Assembly (NCBI GenBank): GCA_965223265.1
Contig: OZ244999.1
Coordinates: 5,216,001-5,280,000 of the forward strand
Direction: 5' to 3'
DNA: 64,000 bases
Origin: Planctomycetota bacterium
GTDB taxonomy: Bacteria; Planctomycetota; UBA8108; SXIK01
The notes under the pieces were generated by a model. It made no database searches. It was not told the DNA's origin and was given only the letters and a program-made list of their open reading frames with translations. Below, piece after piece: positions 37,547 to 48,470 of the stretch (within the stretch, counting starts at the first letter, position 1; every line of letters begins with the position of its first letter). Made by a program: the position numbers and the translations under genes.

Positions 37547-39649
37547 CTAAGCTTCTTTCTCGATCTTCGCGAGAATCGCCGGCGGCACGATCGCGTACCC
37601 TTGCGGCTCCATCGAGTAGCTCCCACGACCACTCGTCAAGCTCCTGAGCGTGGTCGAATAGGCCGAGAGCTCGGCCAGCGGCACGTCTGCTAAGATGCTT
37701 CGCCCGTGCTGGCTCTCGGCGAGCTCGCGAATCAGGCCACGGCGTGAATTGAGATCGCCGAGTACCGAGCCAAGGTCATCCTCTGGCACGGTCGCCTCAA
37801 CTCGCATGATCGGCTCGAGCAGCACCGGAGCGCAGCGCTCCTCCGCCGCACGAGCCGCCTGAGCGCCACAGGCGTAAAACGCTATCTGACTCGAGTCTAC
37901 GTCGTGCATCTTGCCGTCGACGACGCAGACTCGCACGCCCTGAATCGGCGCCGCGCGGCGTCCGCCAGAGACGAAATGCTCACGTAAGCCTTTCTCTATC
38001 GCGACGAGAAACTCCTTGGTGATCTTGCCTTGCGTGATCTTGTCTTCGAATTCGATGCCGTCGCCCTCGATCGGCTCAAACTCAAACTGCGCCACGGCGA
38101 ACTGTCCTGATCCACCCGTTTGCTTGACATGACGGATCTCAAAACTCGCGGCCTTAGAAAGTGTCTGACGGTACGCCACGCGCGGACGTCCCGTCGCCAC
38201 CTTGAGACCGAACTCGTCGCGCAAACGGTGCACCACGACTTCGAGGTGGAGCTCGCCCATGCCTGAAATAATCGTCTGACCCGTTTCTTCATCCGTCTTG
38301 ACGTGGAAGGTAGGGTCTTCCCGAGCCACAACGCTGAGAATCTCGCCCAGCTTATCGCGGTCAGCGGTTACGGCGGGTTCGATCGCCATGGAGATCACGG
38401 GCTCGGCGAAGGTGGCGGCGCCGTAGACGATCGCGGCCTTCTGACGGCAGAGAGTGTCGCCCGTGGCGGAATGCTTCAGTCCCATGCAGGCGACAATCTG
38501 GCCTGCTCGGGCCTCTTCGATCGGCTCGCGAGACGCAGCATGCACGAGAAACAGCCTGCCAATTCTCTCGTTGCGCCGCAGCCGAGGGTTGTAGAGAGAC
38601 TCGCCGGACTTAAAGGATCCGGAGTAGACGCGGACGAAAGTTAAATCTCCGGTCGGATAGTGAACTGTCTTGAAGACCAGAGCTCCCAGCTCGGCAGCGG
38701 AGTTGGCTGGAAAGCTGATCTCATCGTCAGTCGATGGGCAATGTCCGACCACGGCGCCTTCGTCAGCCGGGCTCGGAAGGTATTCGATGATGCTGTCGAG
38801 AAGTGCGGGCACACCTCGATTGCGGAGCGCAGCTCCGAGAAGCACGGGCACAAACTGCTTGTCGCAGGTGGCGCGACGGATCACGTCTCTGACTACCGAT
38901 TCGCTGACCTCCTGCTCCTCGATCAACAGCTCGGTGAGTTCGTCGCTGAAGTGAGACAGTTCCTCAAGGAGGGAATCTCGCGCCTCCTGCGCCGCGGGGC
39001 GAAGATTGGCATCGATTTCAGACGTCGTAAAGAGAGCAGGGTCGTCGCTCTTTTCGGGAAAGCCGATCTGGACCATGCGGACCAGATCGATCAAGCCGCG
39101 AAACTCCGCCCCCTCACCCACCGGAAGCTGGATGGCATGTGCGTTCAGCTTCAACCGCTCGCGAAGCGAGTGGACCGCCTGGCCGAAATTAGCCCCGGTA
39201 CGATCCATCTTGTTGACGAAGGCCAAACGGGCGACCGAGTACTTGTCCATCTGGCGGTTGACTGTTTCGCTCTGCGCCTGCGCACCGGCGACGGAATCGA
39301 TCACGAGCACCGCGCCGTCCAGCACGCGCAAAGACCGCTCGACTTCAGCGGTAAAGTCGACGTGTCCGGGCGTATCGATCAAGTTGAACGTCGCACGTCC
39401 CCAATTGAAGTTCGTCACCGCCGAGCCGATCGTGATGCCTCGCTCCTGCTCTTCCTTCATGAAGTCCATCTTGGCTTCCCCGTCATGGACTTCGCCAATA
39501 CGGTGGATGCGCCCCGTCAACTTGAGCATGCGTTCGGTCACGGTCGTCTTGCCGCTATCGATATGGGCAACGACACCGATGTTTCGGACACGCTCCATGG
39601 CAGACGGTTTCTTCGGAGAACGAGGAGGATCAACGACGACAGGCGACAT
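37547..39649 (-). CDS. fusA: Elongation factor G (stand-alone copy, outside the str operon)
   Basis: AHIDSGKTT, ERGITI, DTPGHVDF, NKMDR, GMGELHLE, KQTGG.GQF, HDVDSS, LLEPIM, LRSLTSGRG. Confidence 0.95.
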   Translation of the reverse strand: MSPVVVDPPRSPKKPSAMERVRNIGVVAHIDSGKTTVTERMLKLTGRIHRIGEVHDGEAKMDFMKEEQERGITIGSAVTNFNWGRATFNLIDTPGHVDFTAEVERSLRVLDGAVLVIDSVAGAQAQSETVNRQMDKYSVARLAFVNKMDRTGANFGQAVHSLRERLKLNAHAIQLPVGEGAEFRGLIDLVRMVQIGFPEKSDDPALFTTSEIDANLRPAAQEARDSLLEELSHFSDELTELLIEEQEVSESVVRDVIRRATCDKQFVPVLLGAALRNRGVPALLDSIIEYLPSPADEGAVVGHCPSTDDEISFPANSAAELGALVFKTVHYPTGDLTFVRVYSGSFKSGESLYNPRLRRNERIGRLFLVHAASREPIEEARAGQIVACMGLKHSATGDTLCRQKAAIVYGAATFAEPVISMAIEPAVTADRDKLGEILSVVAREDPTFHVKTDEETGQTIISGMGELHLEVVVHRLRDEFGLKVATGRPRVAYRQTLSKAASFEIRHVKQTGGSGQFAVAQFEFEPIEGDGIEFEDKITQGKITKEFLVAIEKGLREHFVSGGRRAAPIQGVRVCVVDGKMHDVDSSQIAFYACGAQAARAAEERCAPVLLEPIMRVEATVPEDDLGSVLGDLNSRRGLIRELAESQHGRSILADVPLAELSAYSTTLRSLTSGRGSYSMEPQGYAIVPPAILAKIEKEA

Positions 39650-40101
39650 GAGACTTTCCGTTCGCAATTAAAAAAAAGTAAAAGTAACTGATAGGACTGG
39701 GGACAATTCTACTTCGTCGGCAGACTCGACGTTCAAGCTCACCGAAACCCCCGGATTCGCTCGGGTACGGCAGGTTGAAAGTCGAATAGCGGACGGCGCC
39801 AGGGCCCACTCTGCCCGACGCGGGTGACCAGACCGGACTCTGAGGTCGCCGGCTGGCCACGCCAACTACCTTGATGGCGCCTCGAGCAGTCCATCACTGC
39901 TTGACGAAGCAGCACCTTCGAAGGCATGTTGAGCGGCCGCAAGCGGAATCGAGAATTTTACGGGCCGTTCACCCCGGCGCAACCCTCGTGTTCGAGTTTT
40001 TTGTGCCCTTGCCCCCCGGGTCACCCCGCCCCACGGCAACGAGAAGGCCAGAACACTTCGCGGGCGAGCGAGGCTGCAGACCTGGCGCGGAACGACGGTT
40101 C

Positions 40102-40130
40102 TTGACGCCTTCGCATCTCTTTCCTATAAA
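40102..40130 (+). promoter_or_regulatory. Putative sigma70 promoter
   Basis: TTGACG-N17-TATAAA. Confidence 0.6.
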
Positions 40131-40325
40131 GTAGCGACACAAAGCTTGGCCCTCGAGCCTCGCATCGGGTGAGCACAGGTCAGAGCTCACCCTGGAAGGT
40201 TGGTCACCACCGTAAGAGGAACAGAGTCCGACACGGCGCTACGCTGCGTAGCGGGGTTGTGGAGACCCCATGCCGTGACTGTCGGGGTGAGACCTCAGAA
40301 CGTTAGAGAAAAGTTGGGAGGAGAC

Positions 40326-40610
40326 ATGAAGAGGTGTGGCCTCTGCGGCACCGCGTGGGAGGGTTATGGGAATCAACCGCGAACGCGTGAAGTGTGTGAA
40401 GGCTGCGGTGGGTACTTGCACTGCTGTCGGAACTGCCACCACTACGACGAGAGCAACAGCCGTTGTGGTCTTCCAGACACAGAGTACGTGGGCGGCCGGG
40501 AATCCCTCAACTATTGCGAAGATTTTCGCATCATTGATGACGGGGCGCGGGCCCACGAGCGCAAGGTGACGCAAGCCAAGGCCGCGTGGGAAGAGCTCTT
40601 TCGGCGCTGA
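40326..40610 (+). CDS. Small Cys-rich (Zn-ribbon or Fe-S) protein
   Basis: GGAGGAG RBS; CGLC, CEGC, HCCRNCHHYD, C and NYCEDF; C-terminal AKAAWEELF helix. Confidence 0.8.
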   Translation: MKRCGLCGTAWEGYGNQPRTREVCEGCGGYLHCCRNCHHYDESNSRCGLPDTEYVGGRESLNYCEDFRIIDDGARAHERKVTQAKAAWEELFRR

Positions 40611-40693
40611 CTTTGTAGCGGCCGCACCTTGAAACATGCTCCCGGTGAGGCTCTTTCCATCAGGAATTCGCTTCGCCTGGTCGTTCGATGGAC

Positions 40694-41083
40694 TCAGCCC
40701 CTCACGCTGTCATCCTCGTTCTCTGCGTCGCTGCCCTCGCGTGTCGTCGGCTCGACCGTCAGCGCGCGGCGGACACGCGCCTCGCGGAAGTAGGTTTCCT
40801 TCATGTCGCGCAGCGAATATCCCTTCCGCGTCAATACCTTGATCGCACCGATCAGTTCGATCACGTCTGGGTGAAAGAGTCTCTGTCCCGTCGGCGTCGT
40901 GGCTGCCGGCTCGATGAGGCCAAGGGTGACGTATCGATAGAGCACCTGGTGGGTGATCTCGGCGCGCTGCAACACCTCTGCCGGGCGCAGGAGCGAAGTC
41001 GGCGCGGATGTCGCACTTGGATCGCCGCCTGGATCGCGACGCTTCTCCTTTGACTGCGCGTCGGAGCTCGTCATGATACTCAT
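40694..41083 (-). CDS. MerR-family HTH protein without an effector domain
   Basis: LRPAEV...ITHQVLYRYVTLGLIEPAATTPTGQRLF...GYSLRDMK. Start at 41083 or 41074. Confidence 0.8.
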   Translation of the reverse strand: MSIMTSSDAQSKEKRRDPGGDPSATSAPTSLLRPAEVLQRAEITHQVLYRYVTLGLIEPAATTPTGQRLFHPDVIELIGAIKVLTRKGYSLRDMKETYFREARVRRALTVEPTTREGSDAENEDDSVRG

Positions 41084-41193
41084 TATGACCGTCACTCGGC
41101 CGGCTGTCAGTACTTCAAGTGAACCCAGGTCGTCGCGCCGCACTGACGGATCGCAAAGAACTCCCCTCCGCCACCACGACCCAGGGCGTCCGC

Positions 41194-41997
41194 ATGGCAG
41201 CGAAACCGACGAGCTTCCCGATTCGTGTGTTCGACGTCCTGACGTCGACGAACGACAGCATTCTTGAGCTTGGTGCCAACGACGACGTCCCCGAGTGGAC
41301 GACCCACATCGCCCGTCGCCAGACGCATGGAAGAGGAAGGGAGGACCGTCGTTGGTGGAGCCCCGAAGGCTGCGGCCTGTGGATGTCGACTCTGCTCCGA
41401 CCACGCCAGAAACGACAACTCTGGAGCGGCATCTCCCTTTTGGCGGGACGGGCGGTGAAGGACGCCTTATCAGAACTCGGTGTCTGCGGAGTCGAGCTTT
41501 ATTGGCCCAATGACTTGCAGGTGGGAAAGCGAAAACTGGGCGGCATCCTAGGCGAGGTGAGACAGGCTGCGGATCGCGCCTGGCTAGCGCTCGGGATCGG
41601 CGTCAACGTCGACTTGACCCGTCCCGCAGCAAGGGAATCACTGCCGCCCGATGTCGCCTCGCTGGCAACCTCGATGGCCGAATGCGGTGTGCTCGACAGC
41701 CATGACGTCGTCTCCATCGCACAAGCCATCCTGCGTCACTTGCAGCCGTTGTATGAACATTTCCAGGCTGGGAAGACGATACCACACCTGGTAGGCACCG
41801 AACTGGCGCACGTCGGCCGTCGAGTCGTCGTGCGCTCTGGCGGCCAAACCTGGAGTGGCGTCGTTCGCGGTCTAGGAACGTGCGGGGAGCTGTTGATCGA
41901 TCCCGCAGCTGAGCGTGACGCTGCGGAAGGTGCCGCCTCAACCGTTCGGCTCACCGGCGGGGAGGTATTCTATGGCGACTCACCACAAGACGCATGA
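41194..41997 (+). CDS. birA: Biotin-protein ligase (no HTH)
   Basis: STND, QTHGRGR..R.WWSP, WPND, KLGGILGE, GIGVNV. Confidence 0.93.
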   Translation: MAAKPTSFPIRVFDVLTSTNDSILELGANDDVPEWTTHIARRQTHGRGREDRRWWSPEGCGLWMSTLLRPRQKRQLWSGISLLAGRAVKDALSELGVCGVELYWPNDLQVGKRKLGGILGEVRQAADRAWLALGIGVNVDLTRPAARESLPPDVASLATSMAECGVLDSHDVVSIAQAILRHLQPLYEHFQAGKTIPHLVGTELAHVGRRVVVRSGGQTWSGVVRGLGTCGELLIDPAAERDAAEGAASTVRLTGGEVFYGDSPQDA

Positions 41998-43579
41998 TGC
42001 GCCTGAAGTCTCGACGTCCTCCGGCATCCCGCTGAGAACGGTCTACGAAACCTCTACAAACGCGGATCTGCCCGGTGAGTACCCGTTCACACGGGGCATC
42101 CACGCAGATATGTACCGTGGGCGACTTTGGACGATCCGCCAATACGCCGGATTCGGAGACACTGAGGCGACGAACCGTCGTTATCGGTACCTCCTCGACC
42201 GTGGCCAAACCGGCATCAGCATGGCGTTCGATCTGCCAACACAGATCGGGTACGACTCGGACGACCCCATCGCGGCGGGAGAAGTCGGCAAAGTCGGTGT
42301 TCCCATCTCGTGCGTTGACGATCTGGACGATGTTCTCGCGGGAATCCCACTCGACTCTGTCAGCATCTCGATGACGATCAACTCTACCGCTGCAATCCTC
42401 CTCGCATTCTTGATCGCCGTGGCGCGACGTCGAGACATCGACCCCAGCACCCTCAGAGGGACGCTGCAGAATGACATGCTGAAGGAGTTCATCACCCGCC
42501 GGACGTACCGCTTTCCCATCGGTCCGTCACTGTCTCTAAGCGGTGATGTCTTGGAATACTGCTCAAAGAAACTGCCGCGGTTCTATCCTATCAGCGTCAG
42601 CGGCTATCACATGCGTGAAGCCGGCTCGACTGCTGTTCAAGAGCTCGGCTTTACGCTCGCCAACGCCATCAGCTACCTCGAGCTCGCGGCGGCTCGCGGC
42701 CTCGACGTCGAAGCGGTCGCGGCACGCATGTCATTCTTCTGGAATGCACACAACGAGCTTCTCGAGGAAGTAGCAAAATTCCGCGCCGCTCGCCGACTGT
42801 GGGCTCGCATCATCCGCGAACGATTCGAGATTGAGTCTCCACGATGCGCACAGATGCGTTTTCACACTCAAACCGCAGGTTCGACCTTGGCCAGCGTTGA
42901 GCCCGAGAACAACGTCGTACGCGTCACCCTACAGGCGCTCGCAGCGGTTCTCGGTGGCACACAGTCGCTGCACACCAATAGTCTGGACGAGGCGCTCGGA
43001 CTGCCAAGCCGCCAAGCAGCACGCATCGCGTTAAGAACCCAGCAGATCCTGGCCCACGAATCTGGCATCGCCGCAGTCGCAGACCCCCTCGGGGGCGCAC
43101 CTGTGATCGAGGAACTCACCGACGAGATCGAAGGCCGGGCGGAACGGATTATCGCCGAAATCGATGCTTTGGGCGGAGCTGTGCACGCAGTCAGCGTTGG
43201 CCACCAGCAGCAGCGCATCGAGACTGAAGCCTATCGACAACTCAGAGCGTTCGAGTCGGGAGACTCGCGGGTCGTAGGTGTCAACTGCTTCACGGACGAC
43301 CCCGACGAGCTACAAGATAACATCGAAGGAGAAACGCCAACGACGGTGACAGGGCAGCGTATCGCCGCCGACGTCGAAGCGAAGCGAAAACAAGCGCTGG
43401 AGCACTATCGAAGTCAACGCGCTGCGCAAAGTCTCGGCGCCGCACGCCGGCGACTGATCGCCGCCGCCCGTGGTGGTGAAAACCTCATGGATGCGATTCT
43501 CGAGTGTGCGGAGGAAGGCGCGACAGTGGGCGAGATGTGCTCGACACTAGCAGAAGTGTGGGGGGAGTACCGAGAATGA
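41972..43579 (+). CDS. Methylmalonyl-CoA mutase, substrate-binding subunit (split type)
   Basis: [62 protein letters not shown]. The Tyr and Arg specificity residues are MCM-like. Confidence 0.93.
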   Translation: MATHHKTHDAPEVSTSSGIPLRTVYETSTNADLPGEYPFTRGIHADMYRGRLWTIRQYAGFGDTEATNRRYRYLLDRGQTGISMAFDLPTQIGYDSDDPIAAGEVGKVGVPISCVDDLDDVLAGIPLDSVSISMTINSTAAILLAFLIAVARRRDIDPSTLRGTLQNDMLKEFITRRTYRFPIGPSLSLSGDVLEYCSKKLPRFYPISVSGYHMREAGSTAVQELGFTLANAISYLELAAARGLDVEAVAARMSFFWNAHNELLEEVAKFRAARRLWARIIRERFEIESPRCAQMRFHTQTAGSTLASVEPENNVVRVTLQALAAVLGGTQSLHTNSLDEALGLPSRQAARIALRTQQILAHESGIAAVADPLGGAPVIEELTDEIEGRAERIIAEIDALGGAVHAVSVGHQQQRIETEAYRQLRAFESGDSRVVGVNCFTDDPDELQDNIEGETPTTVTGQRIAADVEAKRKQALEHYRSQRAAQSLGAARRRLIAAARGGENLMDAILECAEEGATVGEMCSTLAEVWGEYRE

Positions 43580-43998
43580 ACAAAGAAACGCCCCGCCGTG
43601 CTCTCCGCGTCTTAATCGCCAAGCCGGGCTTGGACGGACATGATCGAGGCGTCAAGGCTCTCATGCGCGGCCTGCGAGATGCAGGAATCGAAGTCATCTA
43701 CACCGGCCTTCGAGCGACACCGGAGTCCGTCGCCTTGGCTGCACTGCAGGAAGATGTGGACGCCGTCGGTGTGTCCAATCTTTCGGGAGCACATCTGACG
43801 CTCTTCCCGCAGATCGCGGCGGCGCTTCGGAGCGAAGGGGTCGATCTTGACCGCGTCGTACTCTTTGGTGGCGGTACGATACCGCCAGAGGACGACGCGG
43901 AACTTGTCGCAGCCGGCTATCGCGCCATCTTTCGGCCGGGCTCGCGCGTCTCGGCAATCGCCCGCTTTCTGCAGTCGGAGACCGCAGACGATGAGTAG
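43576..43998 (+). CDS. Cobalamin-binding subunit of the mutase
   Basis: [29 protein letters not shown]; ATGA overlap with the upstream gene. Confidence 0.93.
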   Translation: MNKETPRRALRVLIAKPGLDGHDRGVKALMRGLRDAGIEVIYTGLRATPESVALAALQEDVDAVGVSNLSGAHLTLFPQIAAALRSEGVDLDRVVLFGGGTIPPEDDAELVAAGYRAIFRPGSRVSAIARFLQSETADDE

Positions 43999-44434
43999 CA
44001 GTGAAAGCTCTTCCAAATTCGCAGTCGCGCACATCGCGGTAGCCGTCCCCGATCTCGATCAGGCCAAGAAAAAATTCGAGGCGATCCTCGGATGTGCAGC
44101 GAGCGCAACCGAGTTGATCGCAACAGATTCTGTGCGCGTTTGCTTCTTCGAGCTTGAGAATGTCCGCTTGGAGCTGGTGGCACCCGTTGACTCAGCTAGT
44201 TCCGTGGCTCGGTTCATCGACAAGCGAGGAGCGGGCGTGCACCACTTGGCTCTTCGTGTTCCAGGCACCGTTGCCAGTGCTCTCGAGACACTAGCTGCAA
44301 AGGACGTCCCCCTCATCGACAAGAAACCGCGTAGCGGCGCTGGCGGGACGAACGTCGCATTCATTCACCCGCGCGGCGGCGAGGGCGTTTTGATCGAGCT
44401 CGTCGGAAAATCTGAGCACGAACGAGGACGATAG
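43991..44434 (+). CDS. mce: Methylmalonyl-CoA epimerase (VOC fold)
   Basis: HIAVAV.DL, LELVAP, G.GVHHLA, PR.GAGG..VAFIHP, GVLIELV. Confidence 0.9.
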   Translation: MSSSESSSKFAVAHIAVAVPDLDQAKKKFEAILGCAASATELIATDSVRVCFFELENVRLELVAPVDSASSVARFIDKRGAGVHHLALRVPGTVASALETLAAKDVPLIDKKPRSGAGGTNVAFIHPRGGEGVLIELVGKSEHERGR

Positions 44435-44436
44435 GG

Positions 44437-46053
44437 ATGACCGAGAACAGTTCTCCCCGCGATCATCGAACGCAGGAAATCGACACAGCGACCACCTCGC
44501 AGCAGGAAGCCGCCGAGCGAAAAGCCCAGCTTGACGCTCTCCGCGACGCAGCGCAGAGCGGAGGTGGGACGGCGCGGGTCGAGACACAGCATAAGGCAGG
44601 AAAGCTCACGGCACGTGAACGCTTGCTTTTATTACTCGATGAAGACTCTTTCGACGAACGCGATGCCTTCGTCGAGCACCAGGAGTCGCTCTTTGGCATG
44701 GCAGACCGCCGATTTCCAGGGGATGGTGTTGTCAGCGGATTCGGAAGGATCGACGGACGCCGCGTCGCCATTTTCAGTCAAGACTTCACGGTCTTCGGGG
44801 GAAGCCTATCGGCGTCGAACGCAAAGAAAATCGCCAAAGTCATGGACCTCGCCCTTAAGGTGGGCACGCCGGTCATTGGCCTCAACGATTCCGGCGGAGC
44901 GCGCATTCAAGAGGGCGTCGCAAGTCTGGCCGGATACGGAGAAATCTTCCGTCGCAACACGTTCGCCTCAGGCGTCGTGCCGCAGATCTCGGTGATCCTT
45001 GGCCCATGTGCGGGTGGTGCGGTCTACTCACCCGCGCTGACCGATTTCGTCTTCATGGTCGACGGGACCAGTCACATGTTCGTCACGGGACCAGACGTTG
45101 TACGCGCGGTGACTCACGAAACGATCGATCAAGACCAACTCGGCGGCGCGGCGATTCACGGCGAACGCAGCGGCGTCGCGCACTTCTGTGCACCGGACGA
45201 ACCAAGCTGCTTCGAACAGATTCAGAAGCTGCTGGAGTTTCTGCCGGACAACAACTCACAAACAGCTCCACGTCGTGTCGCGCGCCCCAGTACGGACCCA
45301 AAGGGTGAACGTCTTGAACATCTCGTGCCCGACGAGCCCGAGCGTCCGTACGACATGCTTGAGATCATCTGCGCAATCGTCGATGGAGGCGAATTCTTCG
45401 CCGTCCACGAGCACTTCGCGCGCAACCTGATCACAGGGTTCGCTCATCTCGGCGGCGAAGTCGTCGGTGTCGTGGCAAACCAGCCGGCGGTGATCGCGGG
45501 CACGCTCGATATCGATGCGTCGACAAAAGGCGGGCGTTTCATCCGCTTCTGCGACTGTTTCAACATTCCAGTCGTCACCTTCGTCGACGTGCCAGGATTT
45601 CTCCCGGGTCGGGAGCAAGAACACGCGGGCATTATTCGCCACGGCGCCAAGCTGTTGTTCGCTTACTGCGAGGCAACAGTGCCGAAGATCACCGTGATCA
45701 CTCGCAAGGCCTACGGCGGCGCCTACGTCGTCATGGGCTCAAAGAGCACCGGATCAGATTTAAACCTCGCGTGGCCATCCGCCGAAATCGCCGTCATGGG
45801 GGCGGCCGGAGCCGTCAAAATCGTCTCGCGACGCGAGATCGCAGCCTCCGAAGATCCGACCGCAACCGAGGCGAAACTCGTCCGCCAGTACCGTCAACGT
45901 TTCGCCAACCCGTTCGCCGCCGCGAAGCAAGGCTTTATCGACGACGTGATTGACCCCGCGGAGACGCGTGAGCGGCTTCTGAGAGGTCTGGCGCTTGTGC
46001 GTGGAAAGCGGGAGCCAAGATTGGCGAAAAAGCACGGCAATCCCCCGCTTTGA
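44437..46053 (+). CDS. pccB: Acyl-CoA (propionyl-CoA) carboxylase carboxyltransferase subunit
   Basis: GKLTARER, DFTVFGGS, DSGGARIQEG, GPCAGGAVYSPA, VDVPGFLPG, RKAYGGAY, KKHGN.PL. Confidence 0.95.
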   Translation: MTENSSPRDHRTQEIDTATTSQQEAAERKAQLDALRDAAQSGGGTARVETQHKAGKLTARERLLLLLDEDSFDERDAFVEHQESLFGMADRRFPGDGVVSGFGRIDGRRVAIFSQDFTVFGGSLSASNAKKIAKVMDLALKVGTPVIGLNDSGGARIQEGVASLAGYGEIFRRNTFASGVVPQISVILGPCAGGAVYSPALTDFVFMVDGTSHMFVTGPDVVRAVTHETIDQDQLGGAAIHGERSGVAHFCAPDEPSCFEQIQKLLEFLPDNNSQTAPRRVARPSTDPKGERLEHLVPDEPERPYDMLEIICAIVDGGEFFAVHEHFARNLITGFAHLGGEVVGVVANQPAVIAGTLDIDASTKGGRFIRFCDCFNIPVVTFVDVPGFLPGREQEHAGIIRHGAKLLFAYCEATVPKITVITRKAYGGAYVVMGSKSTGSDLNLAWPSAEIAVMGAAGAVKIVSRREIAASEDPTATEAKLVRQYRQRFANPFAAAKQGFIDDVIDPAETRERLLRGLALVRGKREPRLAKKHGNPPL

Positions 46054-46315
46054 GCGAGCTTCGCGGTCGAGAAACCGTGTAGACCGCTCGAGCGACAAGC
46101 AGTCACTGGACTGAATCTTAGCTGCGCTCACACCAGCCGGCACCAAAGAACTATGGGAAATTGTTGTCGTCCTGACAAGGCGGGACGGAGCGCACGTGAC
46201 CGGCCGTCTCACCCACCGAAGACTCGTGGCGAACCGCTAGCGCAAACTGCGGACGCGTTCCGAAAATGATGCACATCTTGACAAAGTGTCGGATCGTCGC
46301 CGATCAATCCATACG

Positions 46316-47866
46316 ATGACGTCAATCAAGAGAGTACTCGTAGCCAATCGCGGTGAAATCGCGCTGCGCATCCTTCGCACACTGAAGGCGCTCGGCATCG
46401 AAACGGTCATCGTCTACTCCGACGACGATCGCGAAAGCCTTGTCACCCGCCTCGCCGACACTGCGTTTTGCATCGGCGCAGGCGACGGCTACCTACGTCG
46501 TGAACGCATCATTGAATGCGCGCTCGCCTGCGGCGCTGAGGCCATCCACCCGGGTTACGGATTCCTCGCTGAAGACGCAACCTTCGCGCAACAAGTTGAA
46601 GATGCAGGGATCATTTTCCTTGGTCCAACGCCGCACCAAATCGCGACTCTTGGCAGTAAGGCAACCGCTGCAGACGCACTGCGCGCGTGCGGATTTGAGA
46701 TAACGACGCAGCACTCCCTCGTCGTCGACTCGCTCATCAAAGCGGGACTCATCGCCGAGAGAATCGGCTATCCGGTGCTGCTGAAGGCCGCGGCCGGAGG
46801 CGGAGGTAAAGGGATTCGAGTCGTCGCCACGCCTGACGATCTCGAGGCCGCGTGGCATGGCGCGCGCGACGAAGCGCGCGCGGGATTTCATTCCGACCAG
46901 ATGATCGTTGAACGCTTCATTGCAGACGCGCGCCACATCGAAGTTCAGGTGGTCGGCGATGGATTCGGTGGCATCCAAGTCGCGACCGAACGGGACTGCT
47001 CCTTACAACGGCGCATGCAGAAGATTCTGGAGGAGACACCTTCGCCTGCCGTTGACGAGCGACTTAGGGAGCGCCTTCTCTCAACGACAGCACACGCGAT
47101 GTCGCAGCTCAAGTACCGCAGCGCTGGAACTCTCGAGTTTCTGATGACTGACAGCGGAGACGTCTTTTTCTTGGAGATCAACACTAGAATCCAAGTCGAG
47201 CATGGAATCACAGAGCTGACCACTGGCCTCGATACTGTCGCTGCGCAAATCAACGTGGCACGCGGTGGTCGCCTGCCTCAGGCGGCGGAAGGGCTCGACA
47301 AGTGCTGGCGCCGCAACCGAGGCGCCGCCGTTGAGTTTCGCGTCAATGCCGAGGATCCGCACCGCGGGTGGCTACCGTCAACCGGCACAATTCGCCACCT
47401 TCGCTGGCCAGCTGGAACGGGAATACGAGTCGATAGCGCACTCGACGTCGGTGCAGAGGTCACAGCCAACTACGATTCCCTGTTGGGAAAGATCATGGCT
47501 TGGGCTCCCGATCGCGAGACGGCGTTCGCTCGACTGCACACCGCACTTGCTGAAGCCGCTGTCGTCGGTTGCACGACGACATTGAACCTCGGGATCGACC
47601 TCTGCCGAGACGAAGGCGTGCGAACGGGAAAGTATCACTGCCGATACCTTGAACGCCTGCTCGAGGATCGGACCTCCGGAGGGGCACCGATCTCCGCAGA
47701 GCTTCGACCTGCGGCTGCCGCGGCCGCTGCGTGGCTACGACATTCGCAGCGCGACCGCACCGGTCTTCAGGCTGACGCGTCGGCGAACGCCCTGACTGCC
47801 TGGCAGTGCGCGGAGAACCACGGCGGCCAGGCGCAGTTCGCCTACTCCCACCAGGAGGCACCATGA
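46316..47866 (+). CDS. Biotin carboxylase subunit
   Basis: VLVANRGEIA, IHPGYGFLAE, KAAAGGGGKG, ERDCSLQRR.QK, EINTRIQVEH, YDSLLGK. Confidence 0.93.
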   Translation: MTSIKRVLVANRGEIALRILRTLKALGIETVIVYSDDDRESLVTRLADTAFCIGAGDGYLRRERIIECALACGAEAIHPGYGFLAEDATFAQQVEDAGIIFLGPTPHQIATLGSKATAADALRACGFEITTQHSLVVDSLIKAGLIAERIGYPVLLKAAAGGGGKGIRVVATPDDLEAAWHGARDEARAGFHSDQMIVERFIADARHIEVQVVGDGFGGIQVATERDCSLQRRMQKILEETPSPAVDERLRERLLSTTAHAMSQLKYRSAGTLEFLMTDSGDVFFLEINTRIQVEHGITELTTGLDTVAAQINVARGGRLPQAAEGLDKCWRRNRGAAVEFRVNAEDPHRGWLPSTGTIRHLRWPAGTGIRVDSALDVGAEVTANYDSLLGKIMAWAPDRETAFARLHTALAEAAVVGCTTTLNLGIDLCRDEGVRTGKYHCRYLERLLEDRTSGGAPISAELRPAAAAAAAWLRHSQRDRTGLQADASANALTAWQCAENHGGQAQFAYSHQEAP

Positions 47867-48435
47867 AGTACTTCGTTCAGGTGGACGGGAAGGAATTCGA
47901 GGTCGTTGCCTCCAAAGGGACGTTTCTTGTGACGAAGGACGACGGTACAACGGCTGCGTTTCACGTCCTCGACCCGCATTCAAGCCTTCAACACCAAACG
48001 CCACACGAAGTGGTCCTCACCACGCGCGAGCACTCCTCCTCCAAGTTCGAGCAAACCATCTCATTTGCCTGCAGCGCGGCCTCGCGGGATGAAGGGGGAG
48101 CCTGGGTTGCGGAATTGACTCGCGCCCCTGCACGCACGCGTGCGACGGTCGAGACGGAGCGCGACCGCCTCCGTCGTCGACTCAGTCGTGAGAATCGACG
48201 TCGCAACTCAAAGAGCGTCAAAAGCCCTTTGCCAGGGGTTGTCCGCCGCATCGGTGCGAAAGTTGGTGACAGAGTTGATGCCGACCAAGTCGTCGTGACG
48301 CTCGAGGCGATGAAGATGGAGAACGAGTTCCGCGCCGAGTCCGCAGGCACAATCACGCAGCTCCCCGTGACGATCGATCAGACCGTTGAAACAGGCGAGC
48401 TTCTCTTCGAGCTGAAGCTCGAATGCGAGAAGTGA
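47863..48435 (+). CDS. Biotin carboxyl carrier protein
   Basis: SPLPG and EAMKMENE biotinylation motif; AGGAGG RBS. Confidence 0.92.
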   Translation: MKYFVQVDGKEFEVVASKGTFLVTKDDGTTAAFHVLDPHSSLQHQTPHEVVLTTREHSSSKFEQTISFACSAASRDEGGAWVAELTRAPARTRATVETERDRLRRRLSRENRRRNSKSVKSPLPGVVRRIGAKVGDRVDADQVVVTLEAMKMENEFRAESAGTITQLPVTIDQTVETGELLFELKLECEK

Positions 48436-48470
48436 CTGTCGGGCGTCCTGATCCTCGAGAGCCCGCGACC

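Noticed and set aside
40136-40262. Fragments resembling a c-di-GMP-I riboswitch (GACACAAAGC, GTAGCGGGGTT)
   Set aside because: The P2 stem with the GNRA loop and the GCAAAC element are missing, and the spacing is wrong.
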